From: a virus
Direction: 5' to 3' (one strand)
Length of the DNA: 64,000 bases
IMG/VR virus record: IMGVR_UViG_3300036857_000619
Coordinates: 1-64,000 of that record
The number at the start of each line of letters is the position of its first letter. The first letter of the stretch is position 1. Of this stretch, positions 17,792-28,010 are shown in pieces. The notes beneath the pieces are model-generated. The model was not told the DNA's origin. It made no database searches and saw nothing but the letters and a program-made list of their open reading frames with translations. The position numbers and the translations under genes are program-made.

Positions 17792-18754
17792 ATGACTCTA
17801 CTGACCATCTACGTCCCCGCGGGCGAGGACACGCTCGGCATCAAGCCTGGCAGCGGCATCGTCGGTTCCAGCGAACCGACCTCGTCGAGCATCGTGCAAG
17901 GGCTGGCAGCAGCGATGGACCGCGTGCGCATCGACTACGAGGGCAACCTGCACGGCGCGGTCAACATCGTGACCTGGGAGGACCGGGTCAAGCACGCCGC
18001 CGGCCGCCACGTGTGGAACGAGGGCCGCGGCTACCCGACCGTCGCTCGCCGGTGGGTCGAACCCGAGAAGCTGCACGCCGTGGGCACCTACGACACCGAC
18101 ACCTGGAGCATCGTGGAGATCACCGATCTGGCCGCGGTCGCCGCCTGGGACGCGCAGTATCGCGAGGGGCGGTGAGCGACTACGACTACGGCCCGCTGGC
18201 CGAACAACGATTGCAACAGGGCTACTCCACCACGTGCGCGAACGGAGGACACCCACGCTGCAAGGGCAGTCGTCTCCAGAACCGCGGCACCGGCCCACGC
18301 GTGCGGTGCACGTGTCAGTGCCACACGCCGCAGGCTGTCGCAGCTGATGAGCGCGAGGAGCTCGAGCGCTCGATTGACGAGACGATCAGCGAGGTCGCGC
18401 AGCACATCGAACGGCTGGAGTACCTCCAGCGAAAACTCGTGGCCTTACGAGCCCTCGTCAGGCGGAGGAGCTTGAGCTTGACCCCTTCCTGTGAGCCTAT
18501 CTACAAGGAGGGCCGCTGAGGTGGCTACCTTCATCACCGTCCTGGCGCAGGGCTACGGCAGCATCGAGCTGAACCTGGATCAGGTGCGCTGGATGCACGC
18601 GCTCGACAAGGCGACGACAGTCGTCCATTTCGGGCCTGAGACGGACGATCTGCGCGTGGCCGAAAGCCTGGCAAGCCTGAGCGATCGCCTGCCTGGGCCT
18701 GAGGACCGCCTGATCGCCGCCCACGAGCGCTCGGCCGCGCCCGCGCAGCCCTAA
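17792..18754 (+). other. Three hypothetical ORFs (17792..18175, 18172..18519, 18521..18754)
   Basis: SD motifs and coupled junctions. Confidence 0.65.
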
Positions 18755-18831
18755 GCCCTCGCTCGCGCTCATACGCACACGCGCGGCTGCATGCGGCTCG
18801 GGTATCCGTGCGCCCGCGCGCCGTTCTGAGT

Positions 18832-18869
18832 TTGACAGATAGCATTCCGATATGCTACAGTTTCTGTCC
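18832..18869 (+). promoter_or_regulatory. Promoter family copy 6 (palindromic-spacer subtype)
   Basis: Perfect TTGACA-18 nt-TACAGT with TG extension; TAGCAT-N6-ATGCTA palindrome. Confidence 0.8.
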
Positions 18870-18982
18870 AACGTGTTCCAACTTCAGTTCGTGTTCGACA
18901 CCCCATCACCCCACTCACACTCGTGACGCGCCGCACCCGTGCTCGTAAGAGCGCCGTTCCCACCCAGGAGGTCGATGCCACT

Positions 18983-20074
18983 GTGGCCGTAGATCCCGCA
19001 CCCGGTCCCGCTCCCGATACCGCGCCGGTCGAGTTGAGCTCGCGGCGCGCCTCGCGCAAGATCGCCAGGCCCGCGCCAGCCACGGACGACGCCGACGCGG
19101 CCCTCGCCGCGGCCGCCCGCGTCGCCGCCAGCACGCCCGACGAGCCCGCCGCCCCGAGCGAGCGCTGGCTCGCGCCCATCGACAAGCTGCGCGTCGCTGC
19201 CGAGCCGCTCAGCCTGGTCCGCCACCGCGTCAGCAAGGCGCTGGTCGGCAGCTTCGCCAACGCCGACTGCGGCTACACGCTGATGGTCGACCCCAAGGCC
19301 CCGCTGTCGGCCGCCGAGGTCGATCTCGAGCGCTGCGGCTGGTGCGTCAAGCTCGCCGCGGGCGAGCAGATCCCGCCCTACAACAAGGGCCAGCGCCGCC
19401 CGGTGCTGCCCGACGACAATCTCGTCCGCGTTCGCCAGCGCACGCCCGAGCCGCGCAAGGTCGAGGTCGCGCCCGAGATCGCCGCGCTGCTCGACGAGAG
19501 CGCGTTCAACGCCGCCCTGGGCGAGGTCCAGACCGCCATGCAGCGGATCCTGGGCGGCGAGTGGGCGCCGAACGCCGAGGAGATGGCGCGCCTGAACACG
19601 CTCAGCGCCAACCTGAAGCTGGCCGCCGAGACGCGCGGCAAGGCGACCGTCACGAAGGAGCCCGACGGCACGCTGACGCTCACCTCGACGGCGGTTGCGC
19701 CCACCCGCACGCGCTCCGAAGCGGCCGCTCAGGTGCGTGGTCCGCGCGGCCCGCTGGTGCGCGTGGCCAAGCAGACAGTGGACGGCGAGGCCGCCACGCT
19801 GCCGGACGTGCGCAAGGACGGCAAGCTGCTCGGCGTGCTGTTCCGCACCTTCGACCCGCAGGGCCCGTTCCTGCTCGGCGACGGCAACAAGCGCTGGACC
19901 GTGCGCGACATCCGCACCAACGAGGATCGCTACTTCGGCAAGGACAAGAAGGGCGCTATCGACTACCTGAACGAGCGTCTGGCCGAGCTCAGCATGGAAG
20001 AGCGCGCGTCTGGCGCGGCCCTGGCCCGCGCGCGCATGCAAGCCAGTGACCCGACCCACCGCCGCTCGCGCTGA
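18983..20074 (+). CDS. Hypothetical protein (about 363 aa) heading the AAA operon
   Basis: GTG start placed after TTCCCACCCAGGAGGT (the ORF track starts at 18923); C..G..CGWC motif. Confidence 0.7.
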   Translation: MAVDPAPGPAPDTAPVELSSRRASRKIARPAPATDDADAALAAAARVAASTPDEPAAPSERWLAPIDKLRVAAEPLSLVRHRVSKALVGSFANADCGYTLMVDPKAPLSAAEVDLERCGWCVKLAAGEQIPPYNKGQRRPVLPDDNLVRVRQRTPEPRKVEVAPEIAALLDESAFNAALGEVQTAMQRILGGEWAPNAEEMARLNTLSANLKLAAETRGKATVTKEPDGTLTLTSTAVAPTRTRSEAAAQVRGPRGPLVRVAKQTVDGEAATLPDVRKDGKLLGVLFRTFDPQGPFLLGDGNKRWTVRDIRTNEDRYFGKDKKGAIDYLNERLAELSMEERASGAALARARMQASDPTHRRSR

Positions 20075-20103
20075 GCGAGCGGCCATTCCCTCAAGGAGCC
20101 ACC

Positions 20104-20517
20104 ATGCCCTGTAACTCGATCGCCGTCATCTCGATCAAGCTCGCCGTCGGCACGCTCAACGAGCTGCGCGGCAACGCCGACGCGCTGCAAGCCCTGCACA
20201 CCGCCCTCGAGCAGATCACGGGCGAGAAGATCCGCGTGCAGCTCAGCGGCAGCGCCCCGAGCATCGACTGCTACTTCATCACCGAGGGCCGCAACTACCG
20301 CTACGTGCTGCTCGGCGCGAACGGCCTGCAGCTGTATGGCAGCTTCAGCGCCCAGGAGCGCGCCGCGATCGAGGCCTTCGTGAACGCGCTGCCGGCCGCG
20401 ATGGCCGAGCAGGCGCTGGTCACCGCCCTCGCCACGCAGCTCACGCTGCTCGACGACCAGCCCACCTACAACGAGCTTGGTCAGCAGGTTGGCCGCACGC
20501 TCGTCGTCCGCGTCTAA
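20104..20517 (+). CDS. Small AAA-associated protein (DUF1257/Ycf35-like by position), 137 aa
   Basis: MPCNS start; AAGGAG SD; the family guess rests on synteny only. Confidence 0.45.
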   Translation: MPCNSIAVISIKLAVGTLNELRGNADALQALHTALEQITGEKIRVQLSGSAPSIDCYFITEGRNYRYVLLGANGLQLYGSFSAQERAAIEAFVNALPAAMAEQALVTALATQLTLLDDQPTYNELGQQVGRTLVVRV

Positions 20518-20532
20518 GCCCAGGAGGAACCC

Positions 20533-20769
20533 ATGGCAGACATCAAGATCCAGATCGACCGCTCCGACCCGGACGCACCCGGCGTGATCATCAGCGCGCT
20601 GCCTGGCACCGACTCGGCCACGTACGAACTGGCCAAGCCCAAGATCCAGGCGGTGCTCGAAGCCCTCGGCATCGCTGGCGTGCGCTTCAGTCCGCTCACG
20701 GACATCGAGCAGCACGTCCACGGCGAGCAGACGCTCGTCGTCGATCAGATGAACCTGCGACAGCGCTGA
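20533..20769 (+). CDS. DUF2997-like small protein (78 aa)
   Basis: IKIQID...G...LEALG...E..Q pattern, immediately before the AAA gene. Confidence 0.45.
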   Translation: MADIKIQIDRSDPDAPGVIISALPGTDSATYELAKPKIQAVLEALGIAGVRFSPLTDIEQHVHGEQTLVVDQMNLRQR

Positions 20770-20791
20770 CAGCGCTAAGGAGAGCAGCAGC

Positions 20792-22714
20792 TTGACCCTG
20801 TCCCCCACCGCACCCTCCACCGAGCTCGTGGACAACGCCACCGAGGCTCGTCGCAACCCGGACTGGTACGCCAAGCTGGCGGCGGACCTGACGGCCAACG
20901 TCGCCACGACCTTCATCGTCCACGGCGCGGGCGTACACGACTACCAGTCGGGCACCGACCTGCTGCCCGACTACCTGTCGGACAAGCTGGAGCGCTTCTT
21001 CGAGACCGTGGTGCGCTTCAACGTGGGCAGCCTGGACGCCGAGCCGCTGGCGTTCTCGGGCGCCAACGCGCGCGACGCCAGGGGCAACAAGCCCGATCCC
21101 AACAAGCCCGATCCGCGCGAGCGCTTCGAGATCGTGACCGGCCTGCGCATGCCGCAGGGCGCGGGCGCCGCGCAGCCGGGCGTGCCCGATCCGTTCCAGG
21201 CGCTGCGCCAGAACCAGCCCGCCGGCGCGGCTGGCCCGCCCATGGCGCGGCCGCTGCCGACCAGCAACACCGATCTGGTGCGCCTGCTGATGCGCTTCCT
21301 GCGGGCGAGCGGGCGCATGCAAGCCGCCGTCATCATCGAGCGGGCCGACCTGCTGGTGCCGCCCGCTGACCTGGGCACGCTGCCGGACGGCCGCGCGGCG
21401 GTGCTCGGCATGATCGGCAACGCGGGCACCGACACGGTGCTCATCGACAAGGGCAATCCGCTGATCCTGCTGGCGCCCACGATCGAGAGCATCCACCAGG
21501 ACCTGCCGTCGGCCAAGACGGGCATCCAGTCGATCGAGGTCACGCTGCCCGATCAGACCGAGCGGCTGGCGTTCGCGCAGCTGGTCGAGCAGTCCAAGGG
21601 CAAGGGCTCGGTGCGCATGGAGGTCAGCGTCAAGGAGATCGCCAATCTCACGGCTGGCCTGTATCGCCGACACATCCTGGACATCTGGCTGCGCGGCGAG
21701 CAGGTGGGCGCCATCACCAAGCCGCTGGTCATCGCCCGCAAGAACGAGATCATGCGCGGCGAGTACGCCGAGGTGCTGGAGACGATGGAGCCGCGCTTCT
21801 CGTTCGACGACATTGGCGGCAACGTCGCCCTCAAGGAGTACCTACTCGAGTACGTCGTGCAGCGCATGAAGACGGGCAAGGTGAAGCGGCTTAGCAAGGG
21901 CATCGTGTTCACCGGTCCGTCGGGCACGGGCAAGTCGCTGTTCGCCGAGGCGCTGGCGATGGAGTTGCAGATCAACGTCGTGCTGCTGCGCCCGGAGAAG
22001 ATCAAGGGCTCGCTCTACGGCCAGTCGGAGCAGAATCTTGCCCGCGCGCTGGCGGGTATCCGGGCGAACTCGCCGTGCGTCGTGTTCATCGACGAGATCG
22101 ACCAGCGCTTCAGGCGCGGCGGCGGCGGGGCTGGCGGCGCTGCGGACGCGGCCGAGAACAACATCTTCGGCCGCATGCTGGAGGAGGTCGGTGATCCTGG
22201 CTCGCGCGGCCAGATCATGTGGATCGGCGCGACCAACCGTCCCGACACCTGCGACGCGGCGCTGTTCCGGCCTGGCCGCTTCGACGACAAGCTGCCGGTG
22301 TTGCCGCCGCCCGCCGCCGAGCGCGAGGGCATCTTCCGCACGCTGGTGGCGCGGCACGCCGACGGGCCGCTGCCGGCCCTCGACGGCGCGGACTGGAAGA
22401 CGATCGTCAACACGAGCGACGGCTGGACGGGCGCCGAGATCGAGCAAGCGGTCATCACCGCGTACGACCTGAACGAGCTGCGCAACGTGGCCATGCCGGC
22501 CGCGCTGCTGCAGGCGACCGAAGAGCTGATCCCGTCGACGCGGGACATCAAGCTGCACACCGACCTGGCGATCGCGGCGTGCAACCGTCGCGAGCTGATG
22601 CCAGTGGAGTACCGCGAGCGAGCCAGAGACGAGGAAGCCCTGGCCAAGAGCGCCGAGGAGGTCGACCGCCGGAGCGGCGGGCTGCGCGCTCGCCGCGATC
22701 GCGAGATCGACTAA
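20792..22714 (+). CDS. AAA+ ATPase, Ycf46/CDC48-like (degenerate N-terminal AAA + active C-terminal AAA), 640 aa
   Basis: Walker A GPSGTGKS, Walker B VFIDEID, SRH GATNRPD...AL.RPGRFD. Confidence 0.9.
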   Translation: MTLSPTAPSTELVDNATEARRNPDWYAKLAADLTANVATTFIVHGAGVHDYQSGTDLLPDYLSDKLERFFETVVRFNVGSLDAEPLAFSGANARDARGNKPDPNKPDPRERFEIVTGLRMPQGAGAAQPGVPDPFQALRQNQPAGAAGPPMARPLPTSNTDLVRLLMRFLRASGRMQAAVIIERADLLVPPADLGTLPDGRAAVLGMIGNAGTDTVLIDKGNPLILLAPTIESIHQDLPSAKTGIQSIEVTLPDQTERLAFAQLVEQSKGKGSVRMEVSVKEIANLTAGLYRRHILDIWLRGEQVGAITKPLVIARKNEIMRGEYAEVLETMEPRFSFDDIGGNVALKEYLLEYVVQRMKTGKVKRLSKGIVFTGPSGTGKSLFAEALAMELQINVVLLRPEKIKGSLYGQSEQNLARALAGIRANSPCVVFIDEIDQRFRRGGGGAGGAADAAENNIFGRMLEEVGDPGSRGQIMWIGATNRPDTCDAALFRPGRFDDKLPVLPPPAAEREGIFRTLVARHADGPLPALDGADWKTIVNTSDGWTGAEIEQAVITAYDLNELRNVAMPAALLQATEELIPSTRDIKLHTDLAIAACNRRELMPVEYRERARDEEALAKSAEEVDRRSGGLRARRDREID

Positions 22715-22893
22715 CCACCGCACGTGCAGCCGCTGCGCCTGATCGTGCGCGACCGCGACGGCACGCCCATCGCTGTCGTCGAGCTGAATCCAGGCCCAGG
22801 TGAATCCTGGGCCACCGCAGAGGCGTGGGCGTACATAGCGTGGAAGCGCTATCAGGAGCAGCAAGAACAAGCGCCCGATCGCGAGATCGACTA
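22696..22893 (+). repeat. 18-bp direct repeat CGATCGCGAGATCGACTA (22696..22713 and 22876..22893)
   Basis: Exact match with a 180-bp period. Confidence 0.85.
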
Positions 22894-22894
22894 G
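22724..22894 (+). CDS. Small ORF (56 aa) ending DREID*, in frame with the AAA gene
   Basis: VQPLRLIVRDRDG...EQAPDREID*; no SD. Confidence 0.45.
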   Translation: MQPLRLIVRDRDGTPIAVVELNPGPGESWATAEAWAYIAWKRYQEQQEQAPDREID

Positions 22895-22967
22895 CCCTCA
22901 GCGTCCGTCCCGACCGACCGAGCACGGCCGCGCGATCCGAGGTAACTGCCTTGGGACCGCGCGGCCG

Positions 22968-22994
22968 TTTGGTTGCCGATGTAGTAGAATTTCT
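22968..22994 (+). promoter_or_regulatory. Promoter family copy 7
   Basis: TTTGGTTGCCGATGTAG-TAGAAT-TTCT, then GAGGAGG SD. Confidence 0.6.
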
Positions 22995-23018
22995 AGCACC
23001 AAGAGGAGGCCAACACTC

Positions 23019-24491
23019 TTGACCACGACCGTGACCGAACCACGTCCCGGCAAGCCGCGCAATCGGCGCGGCCGCCCGCCGTCCGAGATCGCTCAGGCGC
23101 TGAGCGAACAGCCCGCTGCCAACCGGCTCGCCGACGAGGCGCGCGCCGAGTACGCGGAGGCGATGCAGCAGGACGCTGCCAGCGTCGACTTCCTGAGGGT
23201 CAACTGGTCGGCTGTTATGCAGCGCGGCGGCCGCGCCAGCATCAGCTTCGGCTACTGGCGCGCGGTGCGCGCGCTGACGCTCGAGGACATCGGCCTGGTG
23301 CCGCAGACGCCCCAGGAGCGCGAGGCGCTGCAGCGCGTCATCAAGCTGCCCAAGGGCCGGCTGCTGGTCGGCCGCGAGGACTTCGACCCGATCGCCGAGG
23401 CGGCCAGCGTCGAGAGCCGTGGCCGTACCCTGCTCAAGCTGTACAGCGTGCCGACCGCGCTCGGTCCGTACGTGCCGCTCGGCGAGATCGACGACCAGCA
23501 CCCCGAGGCGGGCTGGCATTACCGCGAGCTCAAGGCCGCGATCGCCGCTGTCGAGCGCGATTTCCTGGCCGTCCGCGACAAGATGGGCGAGCCCGAGCAG
23601 TGGGACGCCCTGGTCAGCCAGACGATCGGCTACTGGGCCACGATCGCCGACCGGCTGTACGGCGACATGCTCAGCGCCGGTCGGCTGCCTACGCGCGGCG
23701 ACATCGGCGTGCGCTTCGCCCCGCGCAAGCCGGAATTCCCGGTCACCGAGCCCGAGGCCGCTAGTCGGGAGACGTATCTCGCCGAGACGCCCTCGCAGGA
23801 ACAGTGGGTCGACTGGTTCCTGAACACGCGGGTGAAGCCCTTCATGCGCAGCCGCGAAGAGGCCATGGCGAGCTTCCGCTTCGCGTGGGGCATGCAGCCG
23901 ATCCTGCCGCCCCAGGCGCTGCTGCAAGCGCAGGCCGAAGACGCCCTGGACGCGGCCGAGCTGGAGCTGCGGCAGGACATGCTGGCCAAGTCGCGCGACG
24001 CGGTCGACTCGTTCTATCGCGACGTGGTCGGCGAGCTGCGCGCGCGCCTGCTCGAGAACTGCACCCAGGCGCTCGAGGCGATGGACAAAAACGACGGCAA
24101 GCTGCCGTCGCGAACGCAGACGGGCATCCGCACGCTGATCGAGTACATCGAAGCCGTCAAGGTGTGGCCCGACTCGACGCTCGAGGGGCAGATCGCCGAG
24201 ATGCGCGCCGCGCTCGATTTGCCGGTCGCGGTGCGCGAGGTGGCCGCCGACGAGATCAAGGCGCTGTTCCGCCGCATCGCCGCGGAGGCGCAGCTGACGC
24301 TGCAGGAACTCGATCGCGCCGAGATGCGTTCGAGCCGCGACCTGAAGCTCGAAGAGCTTGGCATCCCCGAGGACGGGCCTGAGCTGGAAGCGCTGGCCGG
24401 TCGCTCGCGCCGCACGCTGGATATCGGGGCCGACACCGGCCCTGCGGACATCACGATCGCCCGCGCCGCACGTGGGCGGTCGCTCAACTGA
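23019..24491 (+). CDS. DUF3150-like helical protein (490 aa)
   Basis: LL..E.FDPI...ESRGRTLL..YS..TALGPYVP...L...E.DF pattern; adjacent to the AAA gene. Confidence 0.45.
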   Translation: MTTTVTEPRPGKPRNRRGRPPSEIAQALSEQPAANRLADEARAEYAEAMQQDAASVDFLRVNWSAVMQRGGRASISFGYWRAVRALTLEDIGLVPQTPQEREALQRVIKLPKGRLLVGREDFDPIAEAASVESRGRTLLKLYSVPTALGPYVPLGEIDDQHPEAGWHYRELKAAIAAVERDFLAVRDKMGEPEQWDALVSQTIGYWATIADRLYGDMLSAGRLPTRGDIGVRFAPRKPEFPVTEPEAASRETYLAETPSQEQWVDWFLNTRVKPFMRSREEAMASFRFAWGMQPILPPQALLQAQAEDALDAAELELRQDMLAKSRDAVDSFYRDVVGELRARLLENCTQALEAMDKNDGKLPSRTQTGIRTLIEYIEAVKVWPDSTLEGQIAEMRAALDLPVAVREVAADEIKALFRRIAAEAQLTLQELDRAEMRSSRDLKLEELGIPEDGPELEALAGRSRRTLDIGADTGPADITIARAARGRSLN

Positions 24492-24523
24492 GGGGAGAAC
24501 TCAATTGGGTTACGACCAGTTCT

Positions 24524-24545
24524 TGGGAGTTGATTGGGAGTTGAT
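24524..24545. repeat. Tandem 11-mer (TGGGAGTTGAT)x2 next to a promoter-spacer half-motif
   Basis: Read directly; CAATTGGGTTACGA at 24502-24515 is identical to 30849-30862. Confidence 0.6.
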
Positions 24546-24551
24546 TCCGTC

Positions 24552-27104
24552 ATGACCAGCTACGACTGCCCGGCGTGCAAGGCGCCAGAGAGCATCACCA
24601 TCGTTGAGCTCGCCGATCAGCGACTGCAGCAGTTCGCAGTCGACATGATGGGCGCACCAGTGCGGCGGATAGTGTGCTCGGCCTGCGACAGAGACGGCCG
24701 ATTGATGCCCGGCATGAACGATCAAGAGGGCTTGCGCTTATTCGCTCATTGCTTCGCAGACGATGCCGGGCTCGGTATGGAGTCCGGGAAGCGCTATCGC
24801 ATCGTGTGGCGGGGCGAGATGCACCGCAAGGACCACGAATCCGTCGTCGACTTCCTGGGTCGCGCGAAAGGTACGCCAGTCGCGCTCAACTTCAGCGGCT
24901 CGACCATGATCCTTGCCAATGACATCAAGTCTGTTAGCGCAGTGCCGCAGAGCAGCAGGATCGTGCTCGACAGGGTGGTGTCATGACCGCGACCAAACTC
25001 ACGCCCCGCATCGAGGCGCTGCTGCAACGCATCGAGGAGGCAGCCGCGTCCGATGACATGGCGAGTTGGGATAGCGATCCGATTCGCGAGGCCGTGGCCG
25101 AGCTGCGCGAGCGGCTCGGCGGCGACGGCGAGCGCGACTTCGAGGTCGGCTGGGCGATGCCGGTGACCGCCAGCAACCCGATCGCCGCGGCCCTGCTCGC
25201 CCGCGACATCCACCAGGACCCGGCCAACATCGCCACGATCTACACCGTCACCGACCTGAACGGCGCCACGCGCTACGTGATCGACCTCGATCCGGACAAC
25301 AACGGCGGGCCGCTGATCATGCACCAGGAGTCATTGACATGACGACGCCTGAGTCCTGCCCGAACTGCGGCGGGCGCGGCTACACCACGGAGACGCGTCG
25401 CGTGCGGGGCTATGGCGCCCTGCACAACGAGCGTGTCCGCAACTACCGGGGCGGTCCCAGGCCGAACCTGCGCACGGACTACAACGAGTCGTACCGCGAG
25501 CGCTGCCCGCTGTGCGATGGCGGCCGACGCTGGCAGGAGGACGAGTAATGCAAGAGCCGATGCCACTCGATATGGCGGAGGTGCGCGCAGCTGCGCAAGC
25601 GCAGTCAGACCTGGAGCCGGTCGGCGCAGACATTCCCGCGCCGCCGATTACCGAGGTCCAGCTCACGCGGCTGGTGACGTTCATCGTCGACACCGAGGCG
25701 ATCCGCTCGGACGACGACGAGCCCGACGACACGTGGGACCCGGAACGGGCCGCGAGCGACTTCGTCTACGGCCTGGACGGCGCGGACGTCGATAACTACG
25801 CGACGATCGACTACGTCTATCCGGCGCTGGATCGGGACATCCTGGCCGCGCTCGACTTCGCGATCAAGCGCGTCGAGGACAACGCCGTCGGCGTCCCGCA
25901 AACGACGATCGACTTCTACCTGCGCCAGCTCGGGAAACTGCGCGAGCTGGTCGCCGGAGGCACGCGCTCGTGACGACTATCCAGACGAGGCAGCCTGACC
26001 CGAGCTTCGAGTTCAGCGAGTCCGAATCCGTGCGCTGGATGCACCTGCAACTGGTCACCAGGCGGCTGGAGACGCTGGACGCCATCGCCGCGCAGTTCAA
26101 CGCGGAAGGCCGCTTTCCTGGCCTGGCGGTGATCGGTCGGCTCCGCGCCAGACAGCAGCGGCTGGCCCTGGTCCAGTTGCACAACATCGACCGCACGCCG
26201 GTCGAGGGCTACATCGCGGAGGACGCGAGATGAGCTTCGACAACATTGCCGACATCGTCGAGCAGGCGGCCGGACTGGCCATGCAGGTCCGCCGCGCGCA
26301 GCGCAAAGACCTGGCGCCGATGTTGCACCTGGTCACGTTCTCGGGCCAGGTCGAGATCGCGGCCCTGGCGTTCACCGGCGACGGGCACATGATGGCGCAC
26401 ACCATGCGCCAGGCGCTGCTGCTCCGCCAGCCCAAGCACGCGGTGCTGATGATGGAAGGCTGGACGGCGCGCAAGGATCTCAGCCGCGACGATCCGGACA
26501 TGCGCGCGCTCATGGCGGGCGTACTCACGCCCAGCCGGCTGCCGCCGCACAAACGCGGCGAGATGCTGACGGCCATCGGCGAGAGCGCCTCGGGCGAGCA
26601 GGCGTACGCGATGAACTACATCGAGCCGGACGGCAGCTTCTCCGAGATGATGGCCTCGTGGAAGCTGACGAAGGAACAGCACCAGGCGCAGGACGGCCTG
26701 GCGACGCACATGTACCCGATGTTCCTGGACCACTACCTCCTGCGCCAGATCCCCTCGGAGCTGCGCGCGGTGCTGGTCGAACACCTGGGCTCGGAGAAGA
26801 AACTGCTGCACATGGTGAACCGCGCCTGCCGCAAGTGGCTGGCGAGCGTGGGCCCGGAGGCGGAGCCGGCCGAGTACAGCAAGCGTATGGACGAGCTGGT
26901 CACGCGCATGCGCGAGGACATTGGCTGGCGCAAGCGCGACGCGTCATGACGTGGGGCCACGCCTTCGTCGAACGCGGCGACGGAATGTGCCGCGTGTGCG
27001 GCAGGCCCGCGGACGCACCGGGCCAGCACTACTGCTGCAAGCACCGCGCGGACGAGACGCCGGAGTCGATGGCGCGCCGCTGCGAGTGCGCGTGTCACCG
27101 CTGA
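24552..27104 (+). other. Hypothetical ORF cluster (24552..24986, 24983..25342, 25339..25548, 25548..25973, 25970..26233, 26230..26949, 26946..27104)
   Basis: ATGA/GTGA overlaps throughout. Confidence 0.65.
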
Positions 27105-27116
27105 GCTACCTGACCA

Positions 27117-27143
27117 ATTGCTTGCGGTTATGCTAGGATTTAT
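27117..27143 (+). promoter_or_regulatory. Promoter family copy 8
   Basis: ATTGCTTGCGGTTATGC-TAGGAT-TTAT; ATG 10 nt downstream with no SD. Confidence 0.6.
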
Positions 27144-27149
27144 TGACCG

Positions 27150-28010
27150 ATGCCAACCACTGCCAATGCCGCCAGAGGCGTGCTGGCGGTCGCGCGAGCC
27201 GTTCTCGCGCAGTTCCCCGACACCACGCTCGACGACCTCGCCGCTCAGCTCGCCAGCGGGCTCGGCGGCAAGCGCCCCGAGATGCGCCAGGTCCTGCTCG
27301 ATGCCGGCCTGTTCAACGTCACCATCCCGCCGCCCGACGGCGAGCGCGAGCCGCTGCCGCGCTACGTCGTGCACTTCGAGCGGATCAAGGGCGTCCAACC
27401 CTTCGTCGTCGCGTCCACCGATCCGCCGCGGCCGATCATGCCGTTCGATCACCTGCGCGACGCGCAGATGGTGTGCGACGGGCTGAACCTCGAGCTGCCG
27501 ATTGGGCGCGCCCTGGACCGCGCCCGACTGCTGGACGAGCTCGTCCACGGCGACGGTGGCCTGATTCGCTTCGACCGTCCAATCCCCACCAACCCGTCCA
27601 AACGCGAAGCGTTCGCGTGCGATCTCTTGCAACCCCGCGCCTGGGGCCCGTTCGAGTCCGTCGACGACGCCGATCTCTGGCGCGAGCGTGACGACCGCAT
27701 CCGCGTGTGGGCCGTCACGTCGCACTGGCCGTTCAGCCGGTACTACCCGCCCGCGCTGTACGGCCTGTTCCGCAACAAGGAGCACCCGTTGCGTTCTCAG
27801 AACCCCTGGCTGAACAAGCCCCAGGAAGCCCCCAAACGGTCCGAGACCGATGCCAAGGACATGACGCCGGTCATCCTCGAGGCGGTGCGCCAGTACATGG
27901 CGTTCCAGTCCGAGACCGACCGCATGTACGGCCCGTGCCGCGAGGCCTTCGAGCGACTGCGCGCACTGCTGCAAGCCGGAGGTGCGAGCGAATCCGCCGG
28001 ACAGTCATGA
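27150..28010 (+). CDS. Hypothetical protein (286 aa)
   Basis: Long GC3-biased ORF after a promoter. Confidence 0.75.
   Translation: MPTTANAARGVLAVARAVLAQFPDTTLDDLAAQLASGLGGKRPEMRQVLLDAGLFNVTIPPPDGEREPLPRYVVHFERIKGVQPFVVASTDPPRPIMPFDHLRDAQMVCDGLNLELPIGRALDRARLLDELVHGDGGLIRFDRPIPTNPSKREAFACDLLQPRAWGPFESVDDADLWRERDDRIRVWAVTSHWPFSRYYPPALYGLFRNKEHPLRSQNPWLNKPQEAPKRSETDAKDMTPVILEAVRQYMAFQSETDRMYGPCREAFERLRALLQAGGASESAGQS

Noticed and set aside
18923-18982. ORF-track start at 18923
   Set aside because: The conserved TTCCCACCCAGGAGGT SD lies inside this stretch, pointing to the GTG at 18983.
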